This document shows, piece after piece, positions 8,228-17,992 of a stretch of DNA of 64,000 nt. The DNA comes from an uncultured Gemmatimonadales bacterium. Its GTDB lineage: Bacteria > Gemmatimonadota > Gemmatimonadetes > Longimicrobiales > RSA9. The number at the start of each line of letters is the position of its first letter. Position 1 is the stretch's first letter. A program made the translations under genes and the position numbers. The stretch is from positions 768,001-832,000 of the forward strand of contig CAWCUS010000006.1 in the NCBI GenBank assembly GCA_963798845.1. Direction: 5' to 3'. Under the pieces are notes generated by a model. That model ran no database searches. It saw only the letters and a program-made list of their open reading frames with translations, and was not told where the DNA came from.

Positions 8228-10921
8228 CTACTCCTCGCGCAGGGAACCGACGATCGGCACGCCGAGCCCGCGCCGGGCTGGGCCGACGGTGGCGAGCGTG
8301 GCCACCACCGCCATCGTCGCTGCGAGCAGCGGCACGAGCAGGGCGGTTCGTCCGGCGAGCGCGATTCCGCCGACCAGCCGGTCGACGATCAGGGCCAGGA
8401 GCATGCCGGCGGTCACGCCGATCGCCACCTGGGCGGCGACGCGAGAGAACATGGTGCGGACGACCTGCCGCGGCGTGGCCCCTAGCGCGGAGCGTATGCC
8501 GATCTCGCGCCGGCGCCGGGTCACGGCGAACGACGTCATCGCGTACACGCCCGCGGCGGAGAGCAGCAGCACGGCGATCAGGACCGAGATCAGCGCCAGC
8601 GCTATCAACTGCGCGGCCATGGTGCCCTGCCGGTCGGTATCGGCGAGGGAGAACACCCTGCCGAGTCGGAGCCCGGGATCCGCGGACACCACGATCTCGC
8701 GCATCCGGGCCGACACCCCCGTCCGCTCCGGGCCGCGCAGCCGCACCGCGAGCGTCGCGCTGTTCACCTGCTCCGGCGAAACGGCGTAGACAACCTCGGA
8801 CGGCACGCTGTCGGGGTTCACGGAATTCGTTCGGAGGTTCGCGACGACCCCGACGATGGTGTGCCACCGCTCCGGCTCCGCCGGCCCCGTCCGGCCGCTG
8901 TCCGGGACCCAGCGCAGACGGCGGCCCACCGCCTCGCCACCGCCGAGCACCCGACGCACGAACGACTCGGTCACCACGACGCCACCCGCGGACCAGGCGG
9001 TGTCCACCGGGCCAAGCGCTCGACCTGCGAGCAAGCGCGCATCGAACAGATCGAGGAGATCCGCATCTCCGCCGAGCGAGCGCACGACGTACCCCGACGG
9101 CGACGTGGGCGGGGCGGGAACGCCGTCCACCACGACCCGGTCCGCATGGCCAGGCAACGTTGCCCGGAAGCTGGCGCCCGCGACATCGGGCTCCAGCTCC
9201 AGCCGCCGCAACACCTCTTTCAAAGTCTCGCCGAACCCGGTCGCCCCGGACCCCGGTTCCTCCTCGCCGCTGAGCTCGGCCACCAGGAACTGGTTCGCCG
9301 AATAGGTAGGCCGCGTCGCCCACTCCTTGCTGATGTCGCTCCACCCGTCCGCCAGCAGGTTGGGAAGCACCGCCACCGCCATGGCCACCTGTGCGACCAC
9401 CAGCGCCGTCCATGTCCGCCCCAGGCGCATCCCGGTCCCGCCGCCGAGCTGGCGCAGGTCGGACTGGAGCTCGCGGCCGGTCGCCTGGAAGGCCGGCACC
9501 ACGCCAATGATCACAGCGGAAAACACCGCCAGCCCGACCGTGAAGAGGACGGTGAGCGGCTGCAGCCCGTGGTCGACCCAGAAGGGCGTGCCCACCTCCG
9601 TCTCCATGTCCAGCATCCGGTAGCCGAGCTGTACGCCGACCTGCGCCAGCAGCAGTCCGGCCCCCGCGGCGACCAGGGCCAGGACCAGCGCTTCCGCGAA
9701 GAACTGGGCGGCAATGCGCAGACGGCTCGCTCCCAGCGCCGCGCGCACCGTGATCTCACCGCGCCGGGTCGCCGTTCGAGCATAGAAGAGAACCGCCACG
9801 TTTGCTGCCACGACGAGCAGCAGCAGCGTCATGAAGAGCTGCATGACCACCGTCTGCCATGCGCTGATCCCCTGCACGTCGGCGAGGGACTGCGTGTACG
9901 GCATGACCATCGGCCGCATCATGGCGTCCGTCCCCGCGTCCGCCTCGGCGGGGCTGACCGACAGCTCTGCCTGGGCCTCGCTCATGCCGATGCCGGGCGC
10001 GAGCCGACCGAAGACGTATACTTCCGGCCCGCCGAGGGCGGCGACGTTCGGATCGATCGGGAGCGCGATCCAGTACTGGTGGTTCTCCGGAAAATAGAAC
10101 CCCTTCGGCATCACGCCGACGATCGTGTACCTCGTCCCGCCGAGTTGGAGCTCCTTGCCGACGGCGGCCGGGTCGCCGCCGAACCGCGCCAGCCACACGT
10201 CGTGGCCGATCACGACCGCGGGCCGAGCGCCGTTCTGCTCATCCGCCGGAACCAGCGTCCGGCCGAGCAACGGCGGCACACGCGCCACCGAGAAACCGGA
10301 CGCCGTCATCTCGGCCACCTGCACCACGACCGGTGGACCATCGCCAGGAATCAGATTGCGCGCGACCGTTCGGAACGCCCCGAGCTGCTCCACCGTGTGC
10401 AGCTGCTCGCGCCACCTGAGGAAATCGTGGAGCACACGGCGATCCTCGTTGCTCGTCCGCACATCGCGGTTCTCCAGCGCGACAATGCTGTCGCCCTCGT
10501 CCAGGGGGAGCGCCGGATACACGTAGGCGCGGAGGATCGTGAAGAACCCGACGCTCACCGCCACACCGACAGCGAGCCCGAACCCGCCCACCAACGTCAG
10601 CCCCGGGTACTTGGCCAGCATGCGGGCCCCGAGCTTCGCGTCCAGCCACGAGAAGCGGATCTGGTCGAACTTGTGGAGCCCCCGCGACGCCCGGGCCTCA
10701 TCCCGCAGAGCTTCCAGCGGACCGAACTCGAGCCGTGCTTGCCGGGCCGCTTCTTCTCGCGCCATTCCTCGCGCGACCAGGTCCTCGGCCCGAAGCTCAA
10801 TGTGGTGCCGGAACTCCTCCACCATTTCCGCCTCGACCTCGTCCCTCCGCCGAAGTCCGCGCCACATCGAACGGAAACGGGCGACGACGCCGGTGAGCGG
10901 CGTTGAATGCCATACGCCCAT
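8228..10921 (-). CDS. ADOP-type duplicated ABC permease (MacB/FtsX) with N-terminal prefix domain
   Basis: EVEAEMVEEFRHHIE...EEAARQARLEFG prefix; two MacB_PCD/FtsX halves (RRGEITVRAALGASR; RRREIGIRSALGAT); no ATPase gene adjacent. Confidence 0.9.
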   Translation of the reverse strand: MGVWHSTPLTGVVARFRSMWRGLRRRDEVEAEMVEEFRHHIELRAEDLVARGMAREEAARQARLEFGPLEALRDEARASRGLHKFDQIRFSWLDAKLGARMLAKYPGLTLVGGFGLAVGVAVSVGFFTILRAYVYPALPLDEGDSIVALENRDVRTSNEDRRVLHDFLRWREQLHTVEQLGAFRTVARNLIPGDGPPVVVQVAEMTASGFSVARVPPLLGRTLVPADEQNGARPAVVIGHDVWLARFGGDPAAVGKELQLGGTRYTIVGVMPKGFYFPENHQYWIALPIDPNVAALGGPEVYVFGRLAPGIGMSEAQAELSVSPAEADAGTDAMMRPMVMPYTQSLADVQGISAWQTVVMQLFMTLLLLVVAANVAVLFYARTATRRGEITVRAALGASRLRIAAQFFAEALVLALVAAGAGLLLAQVGVQLGYRMLDMETEVGTPFWVDHGLQPLTVLFTVGLAVFSAVIIGVVPAFQATGRELQSDLRQLGGGTGMRLGRTWTALVVAQVAMAVAVLPNLLADGWSDISKEWATRPTYSANQFLVAELSGEEEPGSGATGFGETLKEVLRRLELEPDVAGASFRATLPGHADRVVVDGVPAPPTSPSGYVVRSLGGDADLLDLFDARLLAGRALGPVDTAWSAGGVVVTESFVRRVLGGGEAVGRRLRWVPDSGRTGPAEPERWHTIVGVVANLRTNSVNPDSVPSEVVYAVSPEQVNSATLAVRLRGPERTGVSARMREIVVSADPGLRLGRVFSLADTDRQGTMAAQLIALALISVLIAVLLLSAAGVYAMTSFAVTRRRREIGIRSALGATPRQVVRTMFSRVAAQVAIGVTAGMLLALIVDRLVGGIALAGRTALLVPLLAATMAVVATLATVGPARRGLGVPIVGSLREE

Positions 10922-10923
10922 GT

Positions 10924-11016
10924 TCAGATCGCCTCCGGCGTCGCTTTCAACGCTGCCGTCATGGCGGCCACCAGGCGACGCCAGCTCGCTTCCGCTTCAC
11001 TCGACCGCCGGCTCAC
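10924..11016 (-). pseudogene. 30-aa in-frame remnant of a PadR-family regulator (winged helix missing)
   Basis: GTG...TGA = MSRRSSEAEASWRRLVAAMTAALKATPEAI, ending 2 nt before the permease ATG. Resembles the PadR C-terminal helix (E..SW.R...A...L). Not in the ORF track. Confidence 0.7.
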
Positions 11017-11023
11017 GGCCTTC

Positions 11024-11044
11024 TCTCCTATCTGATTTAGGAGA
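11024..11044. promoter_or_regulatory. Palindromic operator TCTCCTA-N7-TAGGAGA overlapping the SD of the PadR remnant
   Basis: Perfect 7-bp inverted repeat directly downstream of the -10. Confidence 0.7.
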
Positions 11045-11073
11045 AGGTTGATCCCCTTCTCCCAGGCTGTCAA
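11045..11073 (-). promoter_or_regulatory. Sigma70-type promoter TTGACA-N17-CAACCT
   Basis: Perfect -35 at 11073-11068, 17-nt spacer, -10 keeps the conserved A2 and T6. Confidence 0.65.
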
Positions 11074-11122
11074 GGGGAGCGGCACCCGGGACTCGGGAAC
11101 GTACCCTTTCGCATCCGGCCTT

Positions 11123-12178
11123 TCAGCGCACCCCGACCTGAACGATTCCCGGACCGGCGCCGGTCGGGGGGAAGATGTCGGCGTTCGCGATGAGCACGGT
11201 CGCGGGGCCGCTCCTTCCCCCTCCCATGGCGATGCCGGTGGGATCGTCGAACAGGACCAGATCGCTCGTGACGCCAGTCACCTCCCCGGTCCTCGGATCG
11301 ACGCGATTCACGGCGGGGATCCCGAGGAGATTGGCGCCCGCGTTGACGAAGTAGAGCGGGCCGACGAGTGGAGCGGCGAGTCCGTCGATGCCGAGTACAC
11401 CGGATGCGAGTATCGCCGGCGCACCGGCGCCGCCGCGGCGTCGGATCGGTATGCTCACAATGGTACCGCGGGAGCTGTTGGCGACGAAGATCCCGCCGCG
11501 AACCTGATAGGCGATGCCGTTGGCTCCGGGGAGGGGTGGGAACCCCGGAACGGGCGTCGGAGCGAGGAGCGGGTCCTGGATCCACAGATCGAAGGTGCCG
11601 CCACGAGGGCACCGCCAGACGGCGCCGGCCAGGCTGTCGGTGGCGTAGAGGTTCTCGAAGACGTCGAACGTGAGGCCGTTGGGGAATGGGATGTCTTCGG
11701 ATCCGGAAAGGCGTTGTACGGTCGAGCCGTCGCGCGATAGACGGTACACGCCCCTCGTCGCGGGGTCTCCAGAGGCGAAAGCGGCGTAAACGTCGTCCGA
11801 TCTGTCGATGGCGATCCCGAGCACGCCCGCTCCGCCCGAGGCGGCTGGTCCGAGGTCGGCGATCACGTCCAGGTCGCCATCGCGGTCGATTCGCACGATC
11901 TCGTTGCGGAGGAAGACGCCCGAGGCCGGGTCGCGATACCGGCGCCCGACCCATATCCGGCCGAGGCGGTCGAGGGCGAGGTTCTCCGGCGAATAGCCCG
12001 GTAGGGAGGCGATCGGACGCACCGCGCCGTCGTCGAGGGCAAGCTGGGCAGCCGGCGTCGCCGCAGCGGTGGGAAGGGCCGCCGCGTCGACGGTCGTCGG
12101 GCCTGCGTCCGAGCAGGCGGCAGCGAAGATCAGCAGCAGGAGCGCACGTTCCGGTCGGGGGTCGGGACTCCTCGGCAT
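11123..12178 (-). CDS. SMP-30/gluconolactonase-like beta-propeller lipoprotein
   Basis: GGAGGT SD, lipobox FAAACS, blades PENLALD, PNGLTFD..NLYATDS, GANGI, IDGL. Confidence 0.8.
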   Translation of the reverse strand: MPRSPDPRPERALLLLIFAAACSDAGPTTVDAAALPTAAATPAAQLALDDGAVRPIASLPGYSPENLALDRLGRIWVGRRYRDPASGVFLRNEIVRIDRDGDLDVIADLGPAASGGAGVLGIAIDRSDDVYAAFASGDPATRGVYRLSRDGSTVQRLSGSEDIPFPNGLTFDVFENLYATDSLAGAVWRCPRGGTFDLWIQDPLLAPTPVPGFPPLPGANGIAYQVRGGIFVANSSRGTIVSIPIRRRGGAGAPAILASGVLGIDGLAAPLVGPLYFVNAGANLLGIPAVNRVDPRTGEVTGVTSDLVLFDDPTGIAMGGGRSGPATVLIANADIFPPTGAGPGIVQVGVR

Positions 12179-12278
12179 CGTTTACCTCCTCTGGTTGCGG
12201 TGCGACCTTGGAGAGCAGGCCGGATCGTTTCGTCGGGATCCGGCTGCGAGCTGTCCCCCATGAGGCCTGACCGGAGCC

Positions 12279-14072
12279 ATGATAGCGGGCGGACCCTTAC
12301 CGGAGTCTTACGAGGAGCAGCGCTCTCGGTCGGCAGCGCGTGAGCCGGCGCCGCTCCAGGTGGTCCTGTTCGGACCGGGGCGTCTGTGGCGCTCCGACGG
12401 CGTGGTCCGTCAGGTGGTGGTCCAGCCGAAGGCGTTCGCCGTTCTGGCCCGGCTGGCGCTTACGCCGGGCAACGGGCTCGTCCGACGCGATGCCCTGCTG
12501 GCCCTGCTGTGGCCGGAGGTCGACACCGTAAAGGGACGTAATGCGCTCAGCCAGGCGCTGCACCGTCTGCGGCGGCACCTCGGGCCGGGTGCGATCGTCA
12601 GCCGCGGCCGGGAGGAAGTTGGGCTTTCGGAACGGGTCTGGTGTGATGTCCGCCGTTTCCGCGAGGCACTCGCGGGCGACGAGCTTCCCGCGGCACTGGC
12701 CCTCGTCCGCGGCTCGCTCCTCGAGGCCTTCCACGTCTCCAGCGCCAGCGCGTTCGAGCACTGGCTTGATGTCCAGCGGCACGACGTGAGGGAGGCCGCG
12801 TTCGGTGCGGCACTCACGCTCGCCGAGCGCCAGGAGGCGGCAGGTCGAGCGGCCGAGGCCAGCAGGTGGCTGCGTCGTGCGGTCGACATCTGTCCGGAGG
12901 ATGATACCACGCTCCAGCGGCTGATCCGGAGCCTGCGACGAATCGGCGACACGGCGGGGGCGATCCGCGCATACGATGCCGCGGCGGCGAAGCTGTGGGT
13001 GGATTTCGAATCGGAGCCGAGCCGGTCGACCCGTGCCCTGGCGGAGGAGCTCCGGAGGACGCATCGCGCGCCGGATCCGGGAGCACGGCAGGCCTTCCTG
13101 CGCGGTCGCCACATGAGCGGCGTTCCGGGGCAGGCGGAGGCGGCACTATCGAGCTTCGGGCGTGCGATAGCGCGCGATCCGGACTACCCGGAGGCCCATG
13201 CCGGGGTCGCGGAGTGCCTGGCCACGCTGGCCCTTCTGGGTCACCTGTCGCGCGAGCAGGCCGCCGACCGGCTCGAAGCAGCCGCGCGACGGGCGATGGA
13301 GCTCGGTCCCGAGCAGAGTGACCCCCACGTCGCTCAGGGGGTGGGCAGACTCGTGTTCTCGCGAGATTGGGACGGCGCCGAACGCGCGTTCCGGCGCGCG
13401 GTCGAGCTTGATCCGTTGAGCGCCCGCGCGCACGCCCACCTGGCCTTCTTCCTCAGCACGATGGGCTGGCTGGAAGAGGGGGTCGTCCAGGCTTCGCGCG
13501 CCGTGGAGCTGGACCCGCTCGACCCTCTGGCTTCTTTTCTGCACGGGTTCGCGCTCTACCGGGCCCGCCGCTACGAGGCGTCCCTGGAAGAGCTGCTGGC
13601 GCTGGTGGAGCTGGAGCCGCATCACTCACTCGCCCGTATGTTCGTGGCCGAGAACGATCTCAGGCTCGGGCGAACGGATGCCGCGATCCAGGCGGCACGG
13701 TCGGCCGCGACTCTCATGCCCGAGGACCCGTTGCTCACGGGCATCTGCGCCTCCATCCTCGGCTTCGCCGGCGAGCATCGGGAGGCCCGCGCATTGCTCG
13801 AGCGGCTCGGTCAGCTCGCCGGTCGACGGTACGTCAACCCTCACTTCGTGGCCGCCGCCCATGCCGGCCTCGGCGAGCTCGATCAGGCGTTTCGCATCTG
13901 GGATTCCATGGTCGACGACGGCGCCCCCGGTGCCTTCCTCCTCCGGACCGATCCGCTGTTCGACCCGGTACGATCCGATCCGCGGTTCGCGTCGCTCATG
14001 GAGCGACTCCGGTTCCCCATACTGGCGGGTGGCGCTCCTGAATTCCATGAAGGTCATCAGGAGCGGGGGTAG
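12279..14072 (+). CDS. BTAD (SARP-like) transcriptional activator with TPR repeats
   Basis: RRDALLALLWPE..RNALSQALHRLRR, WCDVRRF, FEHWLD, TPRs, C-terminal DPLFDPVRSDPRF. Confidence 0.85.
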   Translation: MIAGGPLPESYEEQRSRSAAREPAPLQVVLFGPGRLWRSDGVVRQVVVQPKAFAVLARLALTPGNGLVRRDALLALLWPEVDTVKGRNALSQALHRLRRHLGPGAIVSRGREEVGLSERVWCDVRRFREALAGDELPAALALVRGSLLEAFHVSSASAFEHWLDVQRHDVREAAFGAALTLAERQEAAGRAAEASRWLRRAVDICPEDDTTLQRLIRSLRRIGDTAGAIRAYDAAAAKLWVDFESEPSRSTRALAEELRRTHRAPDPGARQAFLRGRHMSGVPGQAEAALSSFGRAIARDPDYPEAHAGVAECLATLALLGHLSREQAADRLEAAARRAMELGPEQSDPHVAQGVGRLVFSRDWDGAERAFRRAVELDPLSARAHAHLAFFLSTMGWLEEGVVQASRAVELDPLDPLASFLHGFALYRARRYEASLEELLALVELEPHHSLARMFVAENDLRLGRTDAAIQAARSAATLMPEDPLLTGICASILGFAGEHREARALLERLGQLAGRRYVNPHFVAAAHAGLGELDQAFRIWDSMVDDGAPGAFLLRTDPLFDPVRSDPRFASLMERLRFPILAGGAPEFHEGHQERG

Positions 14073-14075
14073 CGG

Positions 14076-14096
14076 TCCCGAGACGTGATCTCGGGA
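14076..14096. terminator. 8-bp stem-loop between convergent genes
   Basis: TCCCGAGA-cgtga-TCTCGGGA. Confidence 0.35.
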
Positions 14097-14144
14097 GTGT
14101 GCAGCGCTTCTGCCGTGCGGCCTCCCGGGCGGCCGCCGGATCCA

Positions 14145-15659
14145 TCACAACGATAGAGGTCGGCCGGCCAGCGGCGTCGCGGCTCGAGTGCCCAGGAGGT
14201 CCAGGATGGTCGGCGCCAGGTCGAGGATGTGCGCGTCGGCGCGGATGCGGCTGCCCGCGGATATCCCGTCGCCCTGCGCGACCAGGAAGCCCTCGGGCCG
14301 ATGGTTGCCGCTTCGCGCATTGGGGATGCGGCCGGGGGTGCTCCGCTCGACACGCCCGTAGCGCTCAGACTCAACCGCCGAATGGCTTGCAGCCGGCGTC
14401 TCATCCCACAGGACCAGGAGGTCCGGCAGGCGTGTTGTGCGGTCGGCATCCATGAACACGTCGCTGGCGCGACGGACGTCTGTCAGGAACGGTTCGCCGG
14501 TCTGCGCGTCCCTGAACGAGCGGAGCCCCTGCTCCAGCCGCTCGCACAGTTCGCCGTAGGCGGCGGAGGACACGATGCCCTCGGCCTCGCGACCCGCCAG
14601 GTTTATCCGGACGTAGCCCTGAAGGTCGGCGCGCAGCGTGAACGCAGGTGTGTTGCTCCAGTCGATCCCGCCGGCGGTCCACCGGGTCATCAGGAAGGCC
14701 TGCACCGGGAGGGGGAGGGCCCGCGTCAGTCGTCGCCGAAAACCCAGCGGGAGCGCCTCGCCCAGACGGCGCATCCGCCCGGGCTTCGGCAGCTCGGCAT
14801 CCCTGCCGCGCAGCACACGGGTGAGCATGCCATCGAGGAGGTCCGAGCGGGACGTGTTCGCCATCATCCCGTGGACGGAGAAGACCATGACCGTCGCATC
14901 GGGCGACGCGGCAACCAGCTCGCCCACCGCGCGGTCGCAGGCCTGGTACAGGTCGCGGAGCGCGCCGTCGAAGGCCGCGCCATCCTGGCCGTCCAGGGAT
15001 CCGCGCAGGCTGGAGCGGTCCCATAACCGGTGACCGCCCCGGTGCAGGGCGCCGAAGACGACCAGCCCGAGATCCCAGTCGCGTTCGAGGAGCCACTTCG
15101 CCAGCTCCTTCGAGCGGTCGATGTCCTGCAGCAACCGTCGGCGGAGGTCGAGAAGCTCGGATGGGGACGAACGACCGTACCCCTCCGCTTCCATCGGCCA
15201 CTCACCGAATTTCGCCCGGATCTGGTCGAGCAGATCGGGTGGATGCGAGCGTGCCGCCGTCAGGCTGTCGTGCCCCGCCCAGCCGGTGATCTCGATTCCG
15301 GAGGCCGATTGGCAGCCCAGGGCCATCGGGACATCGTAGGCCACGACGCGGACCTCATCCTCGAGCTGGCGCCAGAACGGGATGTTCGGCAACCAGTCCC
15401 AGGATGGGCGCGCATACCCCATGTGCTCATGGCGCCACTGGAAGTCGTGGTAAATGCCGTGACTGGACGGAGGCCGACCGGTGTAGAAGGTCGGCCAGGG
15501 CGAGCCTGAGAGGTAGCGGGCGGAGCTCTGCAGGCGACCGTAGGCGCCCGCCGCCTTCAGCCGGGCCAGATTGGGAAGCACCCCTTCCTCGGTCCAGCGC
15601 TCCACCAGGAGGGGATCGCCCGCATCGAGGCCGATCAGCAGCACGCGACGATTTCTCAT
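14145..15659 (-). CDS. AlkP-superfamily (type I phosphodiesterase/nucleotide pyrophosphatase-like) protein
   Basis: VLLIGLDAG, LPNLARL...G.L.S, SGSPWPTFYTG, RINLAGREAEGIV, PDLLV, SGNHRPEG, DLAPTILDLLG. Confidence 0.85.
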   Translation of the reverse strand: MRNRRVLLIGLDAGDPLLVERWTEEGVLPNLARLKAAGAYGRLQSSARYLSGSPWPTFYTGRPPSSHGIYHDFQWRHEHMGYARPSWDWLPNIPFWRQLEDEVRVVAYDVPMALGCQSASGIEITGWAGHDSLTAARSHPPDLLDQIRAKFGEWPMEAEGYGRSSPSELLDLRRRLLQDIDRSKELAKWLLERDWDLGLVVFGALHRGGHRLWDRSSLRGSLDGQDGAAFDGALRDLYQACDRAVGELVAASPDATVMVFSVHGMMANTSRSDLLDGMLTRVLRGRDAELPKPGRMRRLGEALPLGFRRRLTRALPLPVQAFLMTRWTAGGIDWSNTPAFTLRADLQGYVRINLAGREAEGIVSSAAYGELCERLEQGLRSFRDAQTGEPFLTDVRRASDVFMDADRTTRLPDLLVLWDETPAASHSAVESERYGRVERSTPGRIPNARSGNHRPEGFLVAQGDGISAGSRIRADAHILDLAPTILDLLGTRAATPLAGRPLSL

Positions 15660-15674
15660 GGCGGCATCTTACAC
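15657..15674 (-). promoter_or_regulatory. GTGTAAGATGCCGCCATG: -10 hexamer 6 nt before ATG (leaderless-type promoter)
   Basis: TAAGAT fits TANNNT; no SD; near-identical copy at 16854-16871. Confidence 0.55.
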
Positions 15675-15729
15675 TGGCACGTTGCGGGAAGAAACAGGTC
15701 TCAGCGCCGCCGCGTCATCACTCGCCCGA

Positions 15730-16743
15730 TCATCCCGCGCCTGCGTCAGGCGATATTCGCCGCAGCAAGGCGTTCACGAGCTCGTCGACGCCCGCGGCGG
15801 CGAAGCGCTCGAACCGGCCGAGTCGATCCCGATGGTCCCGGTAGCTCAGCCCGGGGAACTCTCCCATAGCCATCCGCACCGACTCGTTCCCGCCCAGCAG
15901 ATGATAGGGTTCCCGGCGCACCCGTTCGGCGATGCCCGCCTCCATGAGCTCGGTGCCAAGGACCTCGTTCAGCCGATCCATCTCACGCTGAGCGCCATGG
16001 CATAACCCGGCATAGTCAATGGCAAGGAGCGGCAGGCGCTCGCGACGCGCGTACAGGACCAGCGAGACGTTGTACAGAGCCCAGGCCGTGATGGCGTAAA
16101 GCGTTCCGTGTCCCCGCGACTTGTACGAGCTCGCGACTTCCGCGCAGTCACGCACCAGGTGTATGACGGTCACGTCGATCCCGGACTGGAGGAGCGCGTC
16201 CAGGCTCTTCATCGACTTGGAGGAATCCACGACGAACTCGAGGCCGGGATGGTTCCGGGCGGCCGCCAGGAAGGCGCCTTCCAGGAGGCGGGCGTACCGC
16301 GTCCGGCGGTGGCGCTGTCGTTTCCGCCGAGGGTGGAGAGGGTTCAGGATCCGGAGCAGCAGACGGAGATTCGACAACGAGAACCCGGGATCGACATCGA
16401 GGCGCTCTTCGTCCCGATTCTGCGCCAGTACCGGCGACCAGAAGGAGCAGACCTCGAAGCGCTGGCCGCACGTGCAGACCCGAAACCCCTCGACGTCGCG
16501 CCTGGCCGGATCGCGGTGGTGCCTGAACTGGTCGGGCTCGCCCAGGTAGGCGGCCCCGGGATCGGTGCCGAGAAGCAGCCCCAACAACGTGGACCCGCTG
16601 TAGCTGGATGCCGCGATGAAGACGACTTTCGTCCCGGAGCCGTCCCGGGGACGCGGACCGTCGGCCACGGAAGGATGGCGCCCGAGCACTACCGGCACTG
16701 GCTCCGAACGCCGGGGTGTCCCGTCTCCGCCGTGATACCCCAT
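15730..16743 (-). CDS. Sulfotransferase family protein (start uncertain)
   Basis: 5'-PSB-like FIAASSYSGSTLL, CTCG....CSFW, VVDSSK, 3'-PB-like HLVRD....SS. Confidence 0.8.
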   Translation of the reverse strand: MGYHGGDGTPRRSEPVPVVLGRHPSVADGPRPRDGSGTKVVFIAASSYSGSTLLGLLLGTDPGAAYLGEPDQFRHHRDPARRDVEGFRVCTCGQRFEVCSFWSPVLAQNRDEERLDVDPGFSLSNLRLLLRILNPLHPRRKRQRHRRTRYARLLEGAFLAAARNHPGLEFVVDSSKSMKSLDALLQSGIDVTVIHLVRDCAEVASSYKSRGHGTLYAITAWALYNVSLVLYARRERLPLLAIDYAGLCHGAQREMDRLNEVLGTELMEAGIAERVRREPYHLLGGNESVRMAMGEFPGLSYRDHRDRLGRFERFAAAGVDELVNALLRRISPDAGAG

Positions 16744-16853
16744 GTTCCGATGCCGGTGGTATATTGGCTGCCGCGCCGTCGTCGGCCCAGCGCCCGACCG
16801 GGAGCGGATCGGGGGTGTGGAGACCGTCCGGCGGGCGAGCGACCGGTCTGATT

Positions 16854-16871
16854 CATGGCGGAATCTTACAC
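16854..16871 (-). promoter_or_regulatory. GTGTAAGATTCCGCCATG: second copy of the leaderless-type motif
   Basis: 17/18 identical to 15657-15674. Its ATG is out of frame with the sulfotransferase. Confidence 0.5.
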
Positions 16872-16894
16872 CCAGCCTGGCGATCGCCAAACCA

Positions 16895-17992
16895 ATGTCC
16901 ATGCAGCACGAGACGGCGCGAGGGGCTCGCGGGGCTCGCAACCGCAGCATCCGTACGGGGCTGGTGGGGTGCGGGCACATGGGAACCCGCCACCTGGACT
17001 GCCTTCGGCGGGTCCCCGGGGTGGTCGTCACCGGCCTCTGCGACAGCGACCCGAGGCTTGCGGCCGCCGCCGCCGCTGCGCATCCCGGAGGCGCGCCTTA
17101 CCCCGGCATCGAGGCGATGCTCGCCGCCGACCCCCCCGATGTCGTGCACATCGTCACACCGCCCGCCAGCCACCATGCCCTGGCCAGGAAGGCGCTCGAG
17201 GCTGGATGCCACGTCCTCGTGGAGAAGCCGATGGCGCTGAACGCCCGCGAGGCCGACGACATGGTCGAAGCGGCCGGGCGCGGCGGCGCGCGTCTGTGCG
17301 TGGCTCACAACTTTCTGTTCGAGCCCGCGGTCCGTCGCGCGAGAGCAATGTGCGAGCGCGGCGCGCTGGGGACCCTCACCGCGGTCGAGATCTACTGGAG
17401 GGTACTGCGGGGCGCCGTGGACGAGCGGACGCCCGCGTGGATCCACGAGCTGCCCGGTGGCGTCTTTCAGGAGGTGGCGCCGCACGCCTTCTATCTGATG
17501 CACAGCCTTCTCGACGCTCCTCGCGTCGCGGCGGTCTCGGCGAAGGCGACCGGGACGGCCAACGGCGGGCCCGATGAGCTGCGGGTGCTGTTCGAGTCCG
17601 CCACGGCGGTGGGCTCTGTGGCGATCTCGCAGCGTTCCGAGCCGCACCTCGTCACGCTGCGGATCCACGGCACGCGTGCGAGCGTGCTGGTCGATCTGAC
17701 CACCAACGTGCTGGTGAGACTGCGGAAGCTCGGGCTCGGGAGGGTCGCGAAGGTCGGAGCCGCCCTCGATCGGAGCGCGCAATACCTGTTCGGGACCGGC
17801 GTCGCCGCGGCCCGGACCCTGGTCGGGAGGTCTCCCACCGGTCGTCAAACGCTGATCCGATCCTTCTACGACAGCCTCCGGGCAGAGGTGGCGCCTCCGG
17901 TGACTGCGGAAGATGGCCGCGCCGTGGTGGCCTCCCTCGACGAGGTGTGGAGGCGGCTCGACCTTTCCCGGGCGGCGGAGAGAGCGACGTGA
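16895..17992 (+). CDS. Gfo/Idh/MocA oxidoreductase
   Basis: GLVGCGHMG, DVVHIVTPPASH, HVLVEKPMA. Confidence 0.9.
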   Translation: MSMQHETARGARGARNRSIRTGLVGCGHMGTRHLDCLRRVPGVVVTGLCDSDPRLAAAAAAAHPGGAPYPGIEAMLAADPPDVVHIVTPPASHHALARKALEAGCHVLVEKPMALNAREADDMVEAAGRGGARLCVAHNFLFEPAVRRARAMCERGALGTLTAVEIYWRVLRGAVDERTPAWIHELPGGVFQEVAPHAFYLMHSLLDAPRVAAVSAKATGTANGGPDELRVLFESATAVGSVAISQRSEPHLVTLRIHGTRASVLVDLTTNVLVRLRKLGLGRVAKVGAALDRSAQYLFGTGVAAARTLVGRSPTGRQTLIRSFYDSLRAEVAPPVTAEDGRAVVASLDEVWRRLDLSRAAERAT

